A stretch of DNA of 64,000 nt from Hyphomonas sp. GTDB lineage: Bacteria; Pseudomonadota; Alphaproteobacteria; Caulobacterales; Hyphomonadaceae. Shown here piece after piece: positions 49,091 to 59,574 of this stretch. Location of the stretch: the NCBI GenBank assembly GCA_040223555.1, contig JAVKGA010000004.1, forward strand, positions 21,758 to 85,757. Reading direction: 5' to 3'. Within the stretch, counting starts at the first letter, position 1; the number at the start of each line of letters is the position of its first letter. The translations under genes and the position numbers were made by a program. The notes beneath the pieces are model-generated. The model saw only the letters and a list, made by a program, of their open reading frames with translations. It had not been told where the DNA came from and did not search any database.

Positions 49091-50089
49091 ATGGCCGATA
49101 GCACGACTAGTCCCGAAACCGTTGTCGCGGACGCAGATGCCGCAACCGAAGCGCTGGCGCGCGTCAAGGCCGAAATCGGCCGGGCGATCTTTGGCCAGGA
49201 GCGGGTGATCGAGCTGTCGCTCGCCGCCGTGCTGGCCGGCGGGCATGCCCTGCTAATCGGCGCGCCGGGCCTTGCCAAGACACGGCTGGTCGAGGCGATG
49301 GGCACGGCGCTCGGCCTTGCCAACCAGCGCATCCAGTTCACGCCGGACCTGATGCCGTCCGACATTCTTGGCTCCGAAGTGCTGGACGAGGCGCCGGGCG
49401 GGCAGCGCAGTTTCCGCTTCCTCAAGGGACCGGTGTTTACCCAGCTGCTGATGGCAGACGAGATCAACCGCGCGAGCCCGCGCACCCAGTCCGCCCTCCT
49501 GCAGGCCATGCAGGAGAAACATGTGACCGTGGCCGGTGTGCGCCATGACCTGCCCGCGCCTTTCCATGTGCTGGCGACGCAGAACCCGATCGAGCAGGAA
49601 GGCACCTATCCGCTGCCCGAAGCGCAGCTCGACCGGTTCCTGCTGAAGGTGGATGTGTCCTATCCCGATCTCGACACCGAGCGGCGCATCCTGATCGAAA
49701 CCACGCGCGGCGCCGATGCGCCTGTGCGCCCGGCCCTGGATGCGGGACGCCTGATGGCGATCCAGGCGCTGGTGCGGCAGATGCCGGTCGGCGAAAAGAT
49801 TGTCGGCGCGATTCTGCAGCTGATCCGCGAAGCGCGGCCTGAACAGACGTCGGATGCGCGTGTGAAGCGGCTCGTGGACTGGGGCCCGAGCCCGCGGGCC
49901 GGGCAGGCGCTGATGCTGGCGGCGCGCTCGCGCGCCCTGCTGCGCGGACGCCTCGCGCCGTCGATGGAAGATGTGGAGGCGCTGGCCGAGCCCTGCCTCG
50001 GCCACCGGATGGCGATGCGCTATGACCCGACGGGCGAAGCGCCGAAGCTCAGTGACCTGATCAATGACCTTGCGAGGAAGGTGGGCTGA
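49091..50089 (+). CDS. MoxR-family AAA+ ATPase
   Basis: GAPGLAKT, RIQFTPDLMPSD, ADEINRASPRTQSALLQAM, TYPLPEAQLDRF. Confidence 0.95.
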   Translation: MADSTTSPETVVADADAATEALARVKAEIGRAIFGQERVIELSLAAVLAGGHALLIGAPGLAKTRLVEAMGTALGLANQRIQFTPDLMPSDILGSEVLDEAPGGQRSFRFLKGPVFTQLLMADEINRASPRTQSALLQAMQEKHVTVAGVRHDLPAPFHVLATQNPIEQEGTYPLPEAQLDRFLLKVDVSYPDLDTERRILIETTRGADAPVRPALDAGRLMAIQALVRQMPVGEKIVGAILQLIREARPEQTSDARVKRLVDWGPSPRAGQALMLAARSRALLRGRLAPSMEDVEALAEPCLGHRMAMRYDPTGEAPKLSDLINDLARKVG

Positions 50090-50107
50090 GCCGACCGATT
50101 GGACCGC

Positions 50108-50974
50108 ATGACCCCCGCTGCTGACCTTCGCGCTGAAGCCGAACGCCTGGCCCGGCAATTGCCGGGGCTGAACTTCAAGGCGGAAGCCTCCGAAGCGGCG
50201 CATATCGGCTCGGCCGGACGGCGGCGCGCGGGCAATGGCGAGACGTTCTGGCAATACCGCCGCCATGTGCAGGAAGATGATACGCACCGGATCGACTGGC
50301 GCCGCTCGGCCAAGGGTAATGACCTTTATGTGCGCGAGACGGAGCTGGAAACCGCGCGCACGGTGATGTTCTGGGCCGATGACCATGCGGGCTTCCGCTG
50401 GAAAGGCGAGGGCGACCTGCGCACCAAGGCGGAGGAGGCGATCCTCCTGATGCTGACGATGGCGATTCCGATGTCACGCGAAGGAGAGCGCATCGGCTCT
50501 CTCGGCAGCGGCCGGCGCCCGAGTTTTGGCAAGCGCGCAATCGACCGGCTGACGACGGACCTGCTGCGCGGAACGGGCGGGCGATTTCCGGCGCCGCCGC
50601 GCGCAGCCGCCACGCTGATCGTGGCATCCGATTTCTATGATCCGATCCCGGAATGGTCGGCGCGCCTCGCGCCGCTGGCGGCGAAATGTCCGGAAGGCGT
50701 ATTGCTGGCTGTTTCGGCGCCGGAGGAACTCGACTTTCCCTATCAGGGCCGCGTGAAATTCTCGCGCCCCGGTGCAACCATCGGCCGGATCCTCGGACGC
50801 GCCGAGACGATGCGTGAGGAATATCATCAGCGCTTTGCCGCGCAGCGCGAGGGGCTCGAGGCGCTGGCGCGCCGGATGGGCTGGGGCTTTGTCACGCATG
50901 TGACCGGCACGCCGGCGATCCAGAGCGCAGCGCGGCTGAAGGCCGAGCTTGAACGCTTCGGGGCGGCGCGGTGA
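50108..50974 (+). CDS. DUF58 protein
   Basis: GETFWQYR, RIDWRRSAK, LYVRE, ASDF. Confidence 0.9.
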   Translation: MTPAADLRAEAERLARQLPGLNFKAEASEAAHIGSAGRRRAGNGETFWQYRRHVQEDDTHRIDWRRSAKGNDLYVRETELETARTVMFWADDHAGFRWKGEGDLRTKAEEAILLMLTMAIPMSREGERIGSLGSGRRPSFGKRAIDRLTTDLLRGTGGRFPAPPRAAATLIVASDFYDPIPEWSARLAPLAAKCPEGVLLAVSAPEELDFPYQGRVKFSRPGATIGRILGRAETMREEYHQRFAAQREGLEALARRMGWGFVTHVTGTPAIQSAARLKAELERFGAAR

Positions 50975-53832
50975 CCACGTTCGGACCGTTCCTTCTGGGT
51001 GCCCCCTGGGCGCTGGCGGCGCTTGTTGCCCTGCCCATCATCTGGTGGGTGCTGCGCGCGACGCCGCCGGTGCCGAAGAATGTCGAGCTGCCGTCACTGC
51101 GCCTGCTGGAAGGCGCCGAGCCGCGCGAGGAGACGCCCGCCCGCACGCCCTGGTGGGTCTGGTTGATCCGTACACTGGCAGTGCTGGCCGCGATCCTCGG
51201 CCTGTCGCAACCGGTCTATGCGCCGGGCGCGCGCACGGGCGAGATGGCCGAGCAGGGCCCGATCCTGATTGTCATCGACAATGGCTGGCCGGCGGCGCCG
51301 CGCTGGACGGAACTCACCAATGCCGCCAGCGCGACACTGGATGCCGGAAGCCGCGACACGCCGGTGCACCTGCTGCTGACTGCGCCGCAGCAGCTGAATC
51401 CGGACCCTGCCGTGCGCCTGTCCAAGGCGGACCTCGCCAAGCGGATCGGCACGCTGCGCCCGCAGCCTTGGGCGAGTGACCGGGCGGACGCGCTGAAGCG
51501 GCTGGACGCATCAGGCCTCAAGCCTGCGCGCATATTCTGGGCGAGCGACGGGCTGGAGAATGGCGGCGGCACGGCGTTCGCGGCAGAGCTGGCCACGCGC
51601 GCGCCGCTTACGGTTTTTGCAGCGCCGGCTGAGGGACCGGTGGCGATCACCGGCCTGTCGGCAGAGACCGATGGGGTCACCGTGCGGCTTGCGCGCGCCG
51701 GCACGCAGGGCAGCGTCAAGGCATTCGTCTCGGCGCAGACACGGGACGGGTCCGCCATCGGATCCGCCGAAGCCGAATTTGAAGCCGGCGCCCGAGAAGC
51801 CGCGGCCACGTTCGAGATTCCCGCCGCGGCGCTGGCGCGGGTGTCGCGGTTCAATGTGACCGGCCGCTCCGGCGCGGGCACCGTCTGGCTCTGGGATTCG
51901 GTGGACCGGACGCGGCGCGTCGGGCTGGTTGATTCCGGCACGGCGGCGCAGCCCCTGCTCTCGGACATGCACTATATCCGTAAGGCGCTCGAACCCTTCG
52001 CGTCGATCTCTACCGGCGATATTGACACCGTCGTCGCCACGTCCCCGGATGCGATCATATTGTCCGATGTCGGACAGATCCCGGCACCAGATGTCGAGAC
52101 GCTGACCAAATGGGTGGAAGGTGGCGGCGCGCTAATCCGCTTTGCCGGCCCGCGCCTTGCGGCGCAGGGCGATGAACTCCTGCCGGTCAGCCTGCGCCGT
52201 TCGTCGCGAGCGCTGGGCGGCACGCTCGCCTGGGACGAACCCCAGGGCCTTGCCGAGTTTCAGGACACGTCACCCTTCTTCGGACTGCCGGTGCCTGCAG
52301 ATGTCCGTATACGTCAGCAGGTACTCGCGAGCCCGGACCCCGAACTTTCCCGCAAGACCTGGGCGCGGCTGGTGGACGGCTCGCCGCTGGTGACGGCGGA
52401 CGCACGTGGCAACGGGATGCTGATCCTGTTTCATGTGACGGCCGGGCCGGACTGGGCGGACCTTGCCTATTCCGGCCTGTTCGAACAGATGCTGCGCCGC
52501 TCGATCACGGCGGGGCGCGGCGAGGCCATCGAAGACACCGAAGGCACCTACATGCCTCAGCTGACCCTTGACGGGTTCGGCCGGCTGTCGGCGGCGAGCG
52601 CCAATGCCGCGCCGATCAAGGCCACGGAATTTGCCACAACAATGCCGTCTGAAATTCACCCGCCCGGGCTCTATCAGGGCCCCGCCGGCACCCGCGCACT
52701 GAACGCCGGCGCGGACGCAGAACCGGAACTCTTGCGCGAATGGCCGGCCGCGGCGCGCCTGCTGGGCGATGCCGAAGCGCGCTCGTTGCGCCTCGCCGGC
52801 CCCTTGCTGGCAATGGCGGCAGGCCTGCTGGCGCTGGACCTGTTCATCGCCTTGTTCGTGGCCGGACGACTTCGAGGATTCCTGCCAAAACGGCGCGCCG
52901 CTCAGCTCGCCGCTGGCCTCACCTTGTTTGCCGGCCTTTCGCTCGCAGCGCCGGAGCGGGCATTTGCCCAGTATGACTACCAGCTGATGCCGGATGGCAG
53001 CTACCGGTCTGTGTCGACAGCCGCGCGCACAGTGCCGCTGCCCGGCAACGACACGCCGCAGAAGCAGATCGACGCCGCGCTGGAGATGCGCCTCGGCTAT
53101 GTCGAGACAGCCGACAGTGCGCTGAATGCCCGCACCCGCGCCGGCCTGATCGGCATTTCCAACATCCTCCTGATGCGGACATCCGTGGAGCCTGCTGAGC
53201 CGCATGCCGTGGATCTCGAAACCGACGCGCTGGAACTCTATCCGCTGATCTATTTCAATGTACCCGGAAGTGCCGCGCCGCTGACGGACAAGGCCGTACA
53301 GCGGCTGAACGCTTACCTGCGTTCCGGCGGCGCGCTGCTGATCGATACGCGCGCGGGAGAAACGGCGGGCACCCAGACCGATGTCTCGCAGCTGCAGAAC
53401 CTGTTGAAGGGTCTCGACGTGCCGCCGCTCCAGCCCGTGCCTCAGAACCATGTCCTGTCGCGCAGCTTCTACCTGATCAACGACTTTCCGGGCCGGTTTG
53501 CCGGGCGCCGCCTCTGGATCGAACAGGCCGGCGATGCCGCAGCGCCGCGCGGGGACGGCGTCTCGCGCCTGTTCATCGGCGATGCGGACTGGGCCTCGGC
53601 ATGGGCGGTGGACCAGAACGGGCGCGACATTTACTCCGTTGACGGAGGAAATGAGCAGCGCGAGACGGCCCGCCGGTTTGGCGTGAACCTCATCATGTAT
53701 GTGCTGACGGGCAGCTACAAGGACGATCAGGTCCACGTGCCGGCCTTGCTGGAGCGGCTGGGGAATCAGGAAGGCGAGCGGCGCGAAGGCCCGATGGGCA
53801 TCGATGAAATTCTGGAGCAAGTTCCGGAATGA
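50971..53832 (+). CDS. BatA-N / DUF4159 large membrane-associated protein
   Basis: LPIIWWVLRATPP N-terminus, vWA-like IDNG/ASDG, C-terminal RFGVNLIMYVLTGSYKDDQVH. Confidence 0.85.
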   Translation: MTTFGPFLLGAPWALAALVALPIIWWVLRATPPVPKNVELPSLRLLEGAEPREETPARTPWWVWLIRTLAVLAAILGLSQPVYAPGARTGEMAEQGPILIVIDNGWPAAPRWTELTNAASATLDAGSRDTPVHLLLTAPQQLNPDPAVRLSKADLAKRIGTLRPQPWASDRADALKRLDASGLKPARIFWASDGLENGGGTAFAAELATRAPLTVFAAPAEGPVAITGLSAETDGVTVRLARAGTQGSVKAFVSAQTRDGSAIGSAEAEFEAGAREAAATFEIPAAALARVSRFNVTGRSGAGTVWLWDSVDRTRRVGLVDSGTAAQPLLSDMHYIRKALEPFASISTGDIDTVVATSPDAIILSDVGQIPAPDVETLTKWVEGGGALIRFAGPRLAAQGDELLPVSLRRSSRALGGTLAWDEPQGLAEFQDTSPFFGLPVPADVRIRQQVLASPDPELSRKTWARLVDGSPLVTADARGNGMLILFHVTAGPDWADLAYSGLFEQMLRRSITAGRGEAIEDTEGTYMPQLTLDGFGRLSAASANAAPIKATEFATTMPSEIHPPGLYQGPAGTRALNAGADAEPELLREWPAAARLLGDAEARSLRLAGPLLAMAAGLLALDLFIALFVAGRLRGFLPKRRAAQLAAGLTLFAGLSLAAPERAFAQYDYQLMPDGSYRSVSTAARTVPLPGNDTPQKQIDAALEMRLGYVETADSALNARTRAGLIGISNILLMRTSVEPAEPHAVDLETDALELYPLIYFNVPGSAAPLTDKAVQRLNAYLRSGGALLIDTRAGETAGTQTDVSQLQNLLKGLDVPPLQPVPQNHVLSRSFYLINDFPGRFAGRRLWIEQAGDAAAPRGDGVSRLFIGDADWASAWAVDQNGRDIYSVDGGNEQRETARRFGVNLIMYVLTGSYKDDQVHVPALLERLGNQEGERREGPMGIDEILEQVPE

Positions 53833-55868
53833 ACGAGGCCGTCCGCCTAAGCTTCGAGCCGTTTCTCGGCTGGCCCGTATTCTGGGGTATCGCGGGACTG
53901 ACGGCGCTCGCCTGGGTCGCCTATCTCGCCTTGCGGGGGCGGGCCTGGCTGACACGCGCGCTCGGGCTCGTGCTCCTGTCGCTGGCGCTGCTGAACCCGT
54001 CGCTGGTGCATGAGGAACGCGAGCCCCTGCCGTCTGTGGCCGCCGTAATTCTTGACCGGTCTGAAAGCATGCAGTTTGGCGACCGGCAGAAGGCTGCCGA
54101 CGCAGCGTATGCCGCGCTGATTGCAAAGCTGGGCGAGGACAACACGCTGGAAGTGCGCACGCTGGAGACCAATCCCGGCGATGACGGCACCTATCTGACC
54201 GGCGCCCTCGAAGGCCTGATGTCGGATGTACCGCGTGACCGGATCGCGGGCGCGATCTTTGTGACCGACGGGCAGATCCACGATCTTCCGGACCCGGAGC
54301 GTGTTGAAGCGCTGATCGGGCCGCTGCACGGCCTGATCGCCGGCGACGAGGACCGGGGCGACCGCAGCGTGCGGATCGTCAATGCCCCGAATTTCGGCAT
54401 CGTGGGCGAAAGCGCAAACCTTGTCGTGCGCGTCGAGGATCCGCGCGGCGGCGATGTCGAACTGCAGGTCTCGCTCAACGGCGGCGCGCCGGAACGTATC
54501 CGCGTCAAGGCCGGTGAAGACACGCCCCTGCCCGTCGAGATCGAACGGCGCGGCGAGAACATGGTGGTGATCGAGGCGGCGCCCGGCCCGGAAGAACTGA
54601 CACTGGCGAACAACCGCACCGCGATGACCATCGCCGGTGTGCGCGACCGGCTGCGTGTGCTGCTCGTCACCGGCAAGCCCAACCAGGCAGGGCGGGTCTG
54701 GCGCGATCTTTTGAAATCCGATCCGTCGGTGGACCTCGTGCACTTCACGATTCTCCGCCCGCCGTTCAAGACCGATTACGCGCGCCCGGAAGAACTCGCG
54801 CTGATCGCCTTCCCGACCGAGGAATTGTTCGAGGAGAAACTGACCGAGTTCGATCTCATCATCTTCGATCAGTATGAGCGACAGGGCGTCATCACGCAGG
54901 CCTATCTGGCGAACATGTCGCGCTATGTGGCCGATGGCGGCGCGCTGCTGATCGTGGCAGGCGAGCAGTTTGCAGGGCCTGCGAGCCTTGCGCGGTCGCC
55001 GCTCGCCTCGGTGCTGCCGGCCACACCGACAGGGGTAATCCGTACCGGGAGTTTCAAGCCAAGACTGACCGGCCCGGGCAAGCGCCATTCGGTGACGGTG
55101 CCGTTGGACGACAGCGAATGGGGCGAATGGATGCGCTTCATCGAGGCGGACGCCGTGGCCGGGGACGTTCTGATCAGCGGGCCGGAAGGCCGGCCCCTTC
55201 TGATCGTCGACCGTGTGGAAAAGGGCCGCGTCGGCATGCTGATGTCCGACCAGATCTGGCTCTGGGCGAGCGGCCATGATGGCGGCGGGCCGTTCGCCGA
55301 ACTGATCCGGCGCATGGTGCACTGGATGATGAAAGAGCCCGAACTCGAAGAGCGCCGCCTGTCCGTGCAGGCCGATAGCGGCAAGGCGACCGTGGAGCTG
55401 CGCACGCTGCTCGACAGCGCGCCGCCGCTGGAAATCGAAACACCGGAAGGCGATACGCTTCGCCCGAACTGGGTGAACCGGGGCCCCGGCCTGTTTTCCG
55501 CCGAAGCCCCGATTGACCAGCTGGGCATCTACCGGGCGCGGTCCGGCGGACTGGAAGCGATTGCCCTCAACGGGCCGGCAAACCCGAAAGAGTACGAGGA
55601 TCTGACCTCAACTTCGAAAGTGCTTGAACCGGTCGCCAACGCCACCGGCGGCGGCGTGATGCAATTGAACGCAGCAGGCACGAACCTTCCCGAAATCCGC
55701 CGCATCGGCAACCAGCGCACGGCCGCCGGCAATGGCTGGATCGGCCTGCGCGAGCGCGACGCCTATGCCGTGCGCTCGTCCACCAGCCAGCCTTTGCTGC
55801 CCGGCATTCTTGCGGCGGCCGCCCTGATCCTGATGCTGCTGCTCGCCTGGCGCCGCGAAGGGCGCTAG
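53829..55868 (+). CDS. Membrane protein with vWA-like MIDAS and GATase-like domain
   Basis: ILDRSESM, VTDGQ, LKSDPSVDLVHFTILRPP, C-terminal LAWRREGR. Confidence 0.8.
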   Translation: MNEAVRLSFEPFLGWPVFWGIAGLTALAWVAYLALRGRAWLTRALGLVLLSLALLNPSLVHEEREPLPSVAAVILDRSESMQFGDRQKAADAAYAALIAKLGEDNTLEVRTLETNPGDDGTYLTGALEGLMSDVPRDRIAGAIFVTDGQIHDLPDPERVEALIGPLHGLIAGDEDRGDRSVRIVNAPNFGIVGESANLVVRVEDPRGGDVELQVSLNGGAPERIRVKAGEDTPLPVEIERRGENMVVIEAAPGPEELTLANNRTAMTIAGVRDRLRVLLVTGKPNQAGRVWRDLLKSDPSVDLVHFTILRPPFKTDYARPEELALIAFPTEELFEEKLTEFDLIIFDQYERQGVITQAYLANMSRYVADGGALLIVAGEQFAGPASLARSPLASVLPATPTGVIRTGSFKPRLTGPGKRHSVTVPLDDSEWGEWMRFIEADAVAGDVLISGPEGRPLLIVDRVEKGRVGMLMSDQIWLWASGHDGGGPFAELIRRMVHWMMKEPELEERRLSVQADSGKATVELRTLLDSAPPLEIETPEGDTLRPNWVNRGPGLFSAEAPIDQLGIYRARSGGLEAIALNGPANPKEYEDLTSTSKVLEPVANATGGGVMQLNAAGTNLPEIRRIGNQRTAAGNGWIGLRERDAYAVRSSTSQPLLPGILAAAALILMLLLAWRREGR

Positions 55869-57196
55869 CCGGATTTCGTCCGCTGTCTGACGAGCCAGAT
55901 CAGGATAAGTGGCGGGATCGCGGCAAACGGCGTCATCGTGAACCAGGCGGCAAAGCCGCCCATTGAGGAACCCGTCTGCGCCTGCAGCGCCTCCACTGCG
56001 AGGCCGGAGAATCCACCGAGCAAGCCGGCCACCAGCGTCATGAGCGAGGAGAGCAAGGCGAACTGCGCCGCCGTGGCGATAGGGTTCGTCAGCCGGCTCG
56101 CCCAGGCGACCATCGCGGCGGTCGCCATGCCGCCGCTGAAGCCTTCGAACAGTGAGGCAGCGATCCAGACCCGCATATCCCCGCCGGACATCGCGAGAAA
56201 CGCAAAGCCTATATTGGAGACGCCGGCCAAGGTGACAGCAATCGCCATCGCGGGGATCGTCCCGAACCGCAGCCCGATCAATCCCGCCACGATCACCCCG
56301 ACGAGCGTTGCCGGAAAGCCGAAGACGGTCCGCGTGGCGGCAATCTGTGGTCCGGTAAAGCCAAGGTCGATATAGAGCGGCCCGACCATTGAGGTGATCA
56401 GGCCGTCTGGGACGAAGAACACCGCCACCAGCGGCAGGAAGATGAAATTGTTGCGACCGTGATCCTCCCAGAAAACCTTCAGGGGACGGAACAAGGCCGC
56501 CAGCACGCTGGCGAGGCCGGTCGCGGGTGTAAAGTCGCGCGGCTTGTCGGGTTCCCGCGCGATCAGCAATCCCGCGAGGCCCGCAATGCCGCCCACCGCT
56601 GCGCCCGCATAGGCAAGGTGCCAGCCGATGACGGCAGAAGCCGCAAGGATCGGCACATTGCCGAGGAAATAGCCGGAGCGCAGGCCGAAGATATAGGCCG
56701 AGGCCATCAGGTCCTGTTCGGCGTCCTCCGCGCTCTCGATCCGCCAGGCGTCCACGGCGATGTCCTGCGTCGCGGCGGCGAAGGAGGTGAGCATCGCGAA
56801 CGCGGCAAACACGGCGAGCCCGCCGGAAGGCCCCGTCGCGGCCATGCCGAGAATGCCGATGGTAACAAAGACCTGCCCGAGCAGCATCCAGGACCGGCGA
56901 TGGCCCAGCCGCTTGCCGATCCAGGGCAGACGGATCCAGTCCACGAAGGGCGCCCAGAGGAATTTGGTGGAGATGAAGATGCCAACCCAGCTCATGAAGC
57001 CGATGGCGCTGAGCGCAACGCCTTCCGAGCGCAGCCAGAAGCCGAGCGTCACGCTGACGAGAACCGGCGGCATGCCGGTCGCAATGCCGAAGATCACCGC
57101 CAGCGCGACTTTTGGCTGGTTCAGTGACGCCAGGACCTGCCGCATGGTCGCGCGCGGGCGCTGCGGCTCGTCCTGGCCGGTGACAACATCGGCCAT
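55865..57196 (-). CDS. ampG: AmpG-family muropeptide MFS permease
   Basis: KFLWAPFVD, GHRRSWML, ATQDIAVDAWRIE, ATAAQFALLSS. Confidence 0.9.
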   Translation of the reverse strand: MADVVTGQDEPQRPRATMRQVLASLNQPKVALAVIFGIATGMPPVLVSVTLGFWLRSEGVALSAIGFMSWVGIFISTKFLWAPFVDWIRLPWIGKRLGHRRSWMLLGQVFVTIGILGMAATGPSGGLAVFAAFAMLTSFAAATQDIAVDAWRIESAEDAEQDLMASAYIFGLRSGYFLGNVPILAASAVIGWHLAYAGAAVGGIAGLAGLLIAREPDKPRDFTPATGLASVLAALFRPLKVFWEDHGRNNFIFLPLVAVFFVPDGLITSMVGPLYIDLGFTGPQIAATRTVFGFPATLVGVIVAGLIGLRFGTIPAMAIAVTLAGVSNIGFAFLAMSGGDMRVWIAASLFEGFSGGMATAAMVAWASRLTNPIATAAQFALLSSLMTLVAGLLGGFSGLAVEALQAQTGSSMGGFAAWFTMTPFAAIPPLILIWLVRQRTKSG

Positions 57197-57318
57197 GCTT
57201 CCTCCCGTGGCGCGAGACCGACCCGCCTCCCCTCTTGATCGGGAGAGCTTTGACCGGGAGGGCTGCGAACCAGATGGATCGTGCCAGCCGGTCGGGGCGG
57301 CGGCAAGTGATACCGGCG

Positions 57319-57810
57319 TCAGGGCGCGGTGACGAGGCCTTCGAGCACGGACGCATCACCCGCCAGATCGCGCACCATCACGCGCGACTGGTCCTGCGGG
57401 CCGGGAAAGGTCAGGCGATTTTTCGGCGCGACGATGAAGCCTGCCTTTCCGAAGAGGCTGTGTGCCCCGATCAGGATCGCCGCCGGCCAGCCGGCGGCCT
57501 TGCCGGCTTCGAGCGCGGCTTCGGTGATGCGCAGGCTGAGGAGATTTCCGCGATGCTCCGGGTCAACCGCCACCGGGCCGTAGAACAGGGCGCGGGCCTT
57601 CGCTGGGCCTACCACCAGCGGCCAGACCCGGCAGACGCCGACCACCCTGCCCTGATCGAGCGCCACACGGTTGATCTCCGGCAGCGAGACGGACGTCTCG
57701 CGCAGCCGCTCTGCGGTCTTGGCAAAGTGTCCCGGCCCGAAGGTGCGATCGAAGAGAGCTTCGATCGCGTCGGCATGCAGGGCGGGTGTTTCGGGCACAA
57801 TCTCGATCAT
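57319..57810 (-). CDS. GNAT N-acetyltransferase (YhbS-like)
   Basis: FDRTFGPGHFAKTAERLRE, YGPVAVDPEHRG. Confidence 0.85.
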   Translation of the reverse strand: MIEIVPETPALHADAIEALFDRTFGPGHFAKTAERLRETSVSLPEINRVALDQGRVVGVCRVWPLVVGPAKARALFYGPVAVDPEHRGNLLSLRITEAALEAGKAAGWPAAILIGAHSLFGKAGFIVAPKNRLTFPGPQDQSRVMVRDLAGDASVLEGLVTAP

Positions 57811-57868
57811 GGCGCGCGCGTCTAGGGCGCAATCGGCGCGGCTGCAAGCATCATCCCGTGTCAGGGCC

Positions 57869-58774
57869 TCAACCCTGCCCGAAGACCGCGTCAGGATCTG
57901 CCAGAAGGCTGTAGGCAACATGACGCTTCAGTGTCTCGGTCACCTCGGCCTGATCGCCCTGCAGGCGGTCCGGATGGATCATCTCTCCAAAGGTCATCCT
58001 GATCTTCGAGCCGCGCTTGTTGAGCAGTTCGTGGAACAGGGTGATGTCGCGCAGCTCGTTAGAGAGATCGCAGAAGAGATAATAGAGCGCCGAATTGCGG
58101 GCATCGAGATTGAGCGGCACGACCGGAGCCGCCTGCTTGCGGGCGAGACCCACGACGGTCGGGAACCAGTCTTTCTCTTCCATCTGTCCGCCGACCTTTT
58201 TCGCCAGCCGGCCGGACGGGAAGATGACGACGCATTTCTCCTGCGCAAAGGCCTCTGCGGCCCGTTTCAGCGTCTCGCGCGCCTTGGCCGGGGAGCGTTT
58301 CGCCACCACCCATTCCACCGGGATGATCACATCCTGGAAATGCGGATTGACCCGGATGGCATCGGCATTGGCAAAGAAGACGATATCGTCGCGCTTCTTC
58401 TTGAGCAGATCCCAGACCGCGACGCCGTCAGCAAGGCCGGTCGGGTGATTCGCGGCGACAATGCAGCGGCCGGTCTCCGGCAGGCGGTCCAGTCCGCTGA
58501 CGGTCATGTCGAAGGCGAGCTGGCGTGACAGGCGGTCAAACGATTCGCGGCCCGTCAGCTGGACCAGTTCGTCGGCCATTGCCCGTGCCTTGCCATAGCC
58601 GAGGATGGAATAGAGCAGTGGCCGGGCCAGCGGCCAGGCCGGGCTGGCCCGCAATTTGGGGCAGCGCTCTTCAATCAGCACATCGACGATATGTGCGTCC
58701 GTGCGCTCTTCTGCGGGCAGGAAGGCCGCAAGCGACCGTGTATTGGCAGCCGGAGTGACGGTTTCGTCGGTCAT
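57869..58774 (-). CDS. PlsC-superfamily (lyso)lipid acyltransferase
   Basis: NHPTGLADG (HxxxxD), VIFPSGRLA, FHELLNK. Confidence 0.85.
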   Translation of the reverse strand: MTDETVTPAANTRSLAAFLPAEERTDAHIVDVLIEERCPKLRASPAWPLARPLLYSILGYGKARAMADELVQLTGRESFDRLSRQLAFDMTVSGLDRLPETGRCIVAANHPTGLADGVAVWDLLKKKRDDIVFFANADAIRVNPHFQDVIIPVEWVVAKRSPAKARETLKRAAEAFAQEKCVVIFPSGRLAKKVGGQMEEKDWFPTVVGLARKQAAPVVPLNLDARNSALYYLFCDLSNELRDITLFHELLNKRGSKIRMTFGEMIHPDRLQGDQAEVTETLKRHVAYSLLADPDAVFGQG

Positions 58775-59025
58775 GGCCTGTCTTCTGATTCCTCCCGTGG
58801 ACCCGTCTGTGCAGGCTTGCCGGAGCATAGGGCCGGGCCCCCGGACTGCAAAGGGATTGGCACATTTCCGATAACTTCGAAAAAAGTGCGTTCAGGGCCG
58901 TTTTAAAGCTTTCAGAAAGTTTCGATTTACCAAGGCGCAAGACGCGCGTGGCATGGTGAACTCAGAACGGGGCCCGGCTTAACGCTTCTGCCCCCCGGCC
59001 AGTGTCCATATTGAGGTAGATGTAG

Positions 59026-59475
59026 ATGAAAGTTCTGTGGGTTGAGGATCATGAGCCGGTGCGCGACATGCTGGCCATCGCCGCTGACAAGGCGGCGCGT
59101 GCGCGCGTCCAGGTTGACCTCGTCATGGCGCCGACGCTGATGGCTGCCGAAATGCGCCTGCGTCTTGAGCGTTTCGACCTGGTCGTCCTGGACCTCGGCC
59201 TGCCGGACAGCATGGACCCGGATATGACGATCGCCCGCGTTGCCAATATGGGCAAATACCGGATCGCCGTCGTCTCCTCGATGGAAACCCGTGACCAGGC
59301 CGTCGCCTCGGCCGTGCGCTGCGGCGCCAACATCCACCCGCAGGCCGTGTTCAAGGCGAACCTTCCCTTCAACCGCTTCATCCAGCGCCCTGAGTCCTTC
59401 GAAGACTTCTTCATGGAGCTGATGCCAGCCGCCGGCGCAGCCAGCACCAAGAGCCGCCCGGCCCGCGCCGCCTGA
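59026..59475 (+). CDS. Single-domain response regulator
   Basis: MKVLWVEDH, FDLVVLDLGLPD, VVSS, conserved Lys (VFKA). Confidence 0.85.
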   Translation: MKVLWVEDHEPVRDMLAIAADKAARARVQVDLVMAPTLMAAEMRLRLERFDLVVLDLGLPDSMDPDMTIARVANMGKYRIAVVSSMETRDQAVASAVRCGANIHPQAVFKANLPFNRFIQRPESFEDFFMELMPAAGAASTKSRPARAA

Positions 59476-59509
59476 TCGGCGCGCTTGCCGCAACACATCC
59501 GAGATTGCT

Positions 59510-59548
59510 AAGCCGCCCGGAAGAATGCTTCCGGGCGGCTTGTCGTTT
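59510..59548 (+). terminator. Intrinsic terminator
   Basis: AAGCCGCCCGGAAG-AATG-CTTCCGGGCGGCTT followed by GTCGTTT. Confidence 0.75.
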
Positions 59549-59574
59549 CCGGCCACCCGCACCAAGGTATCTCG

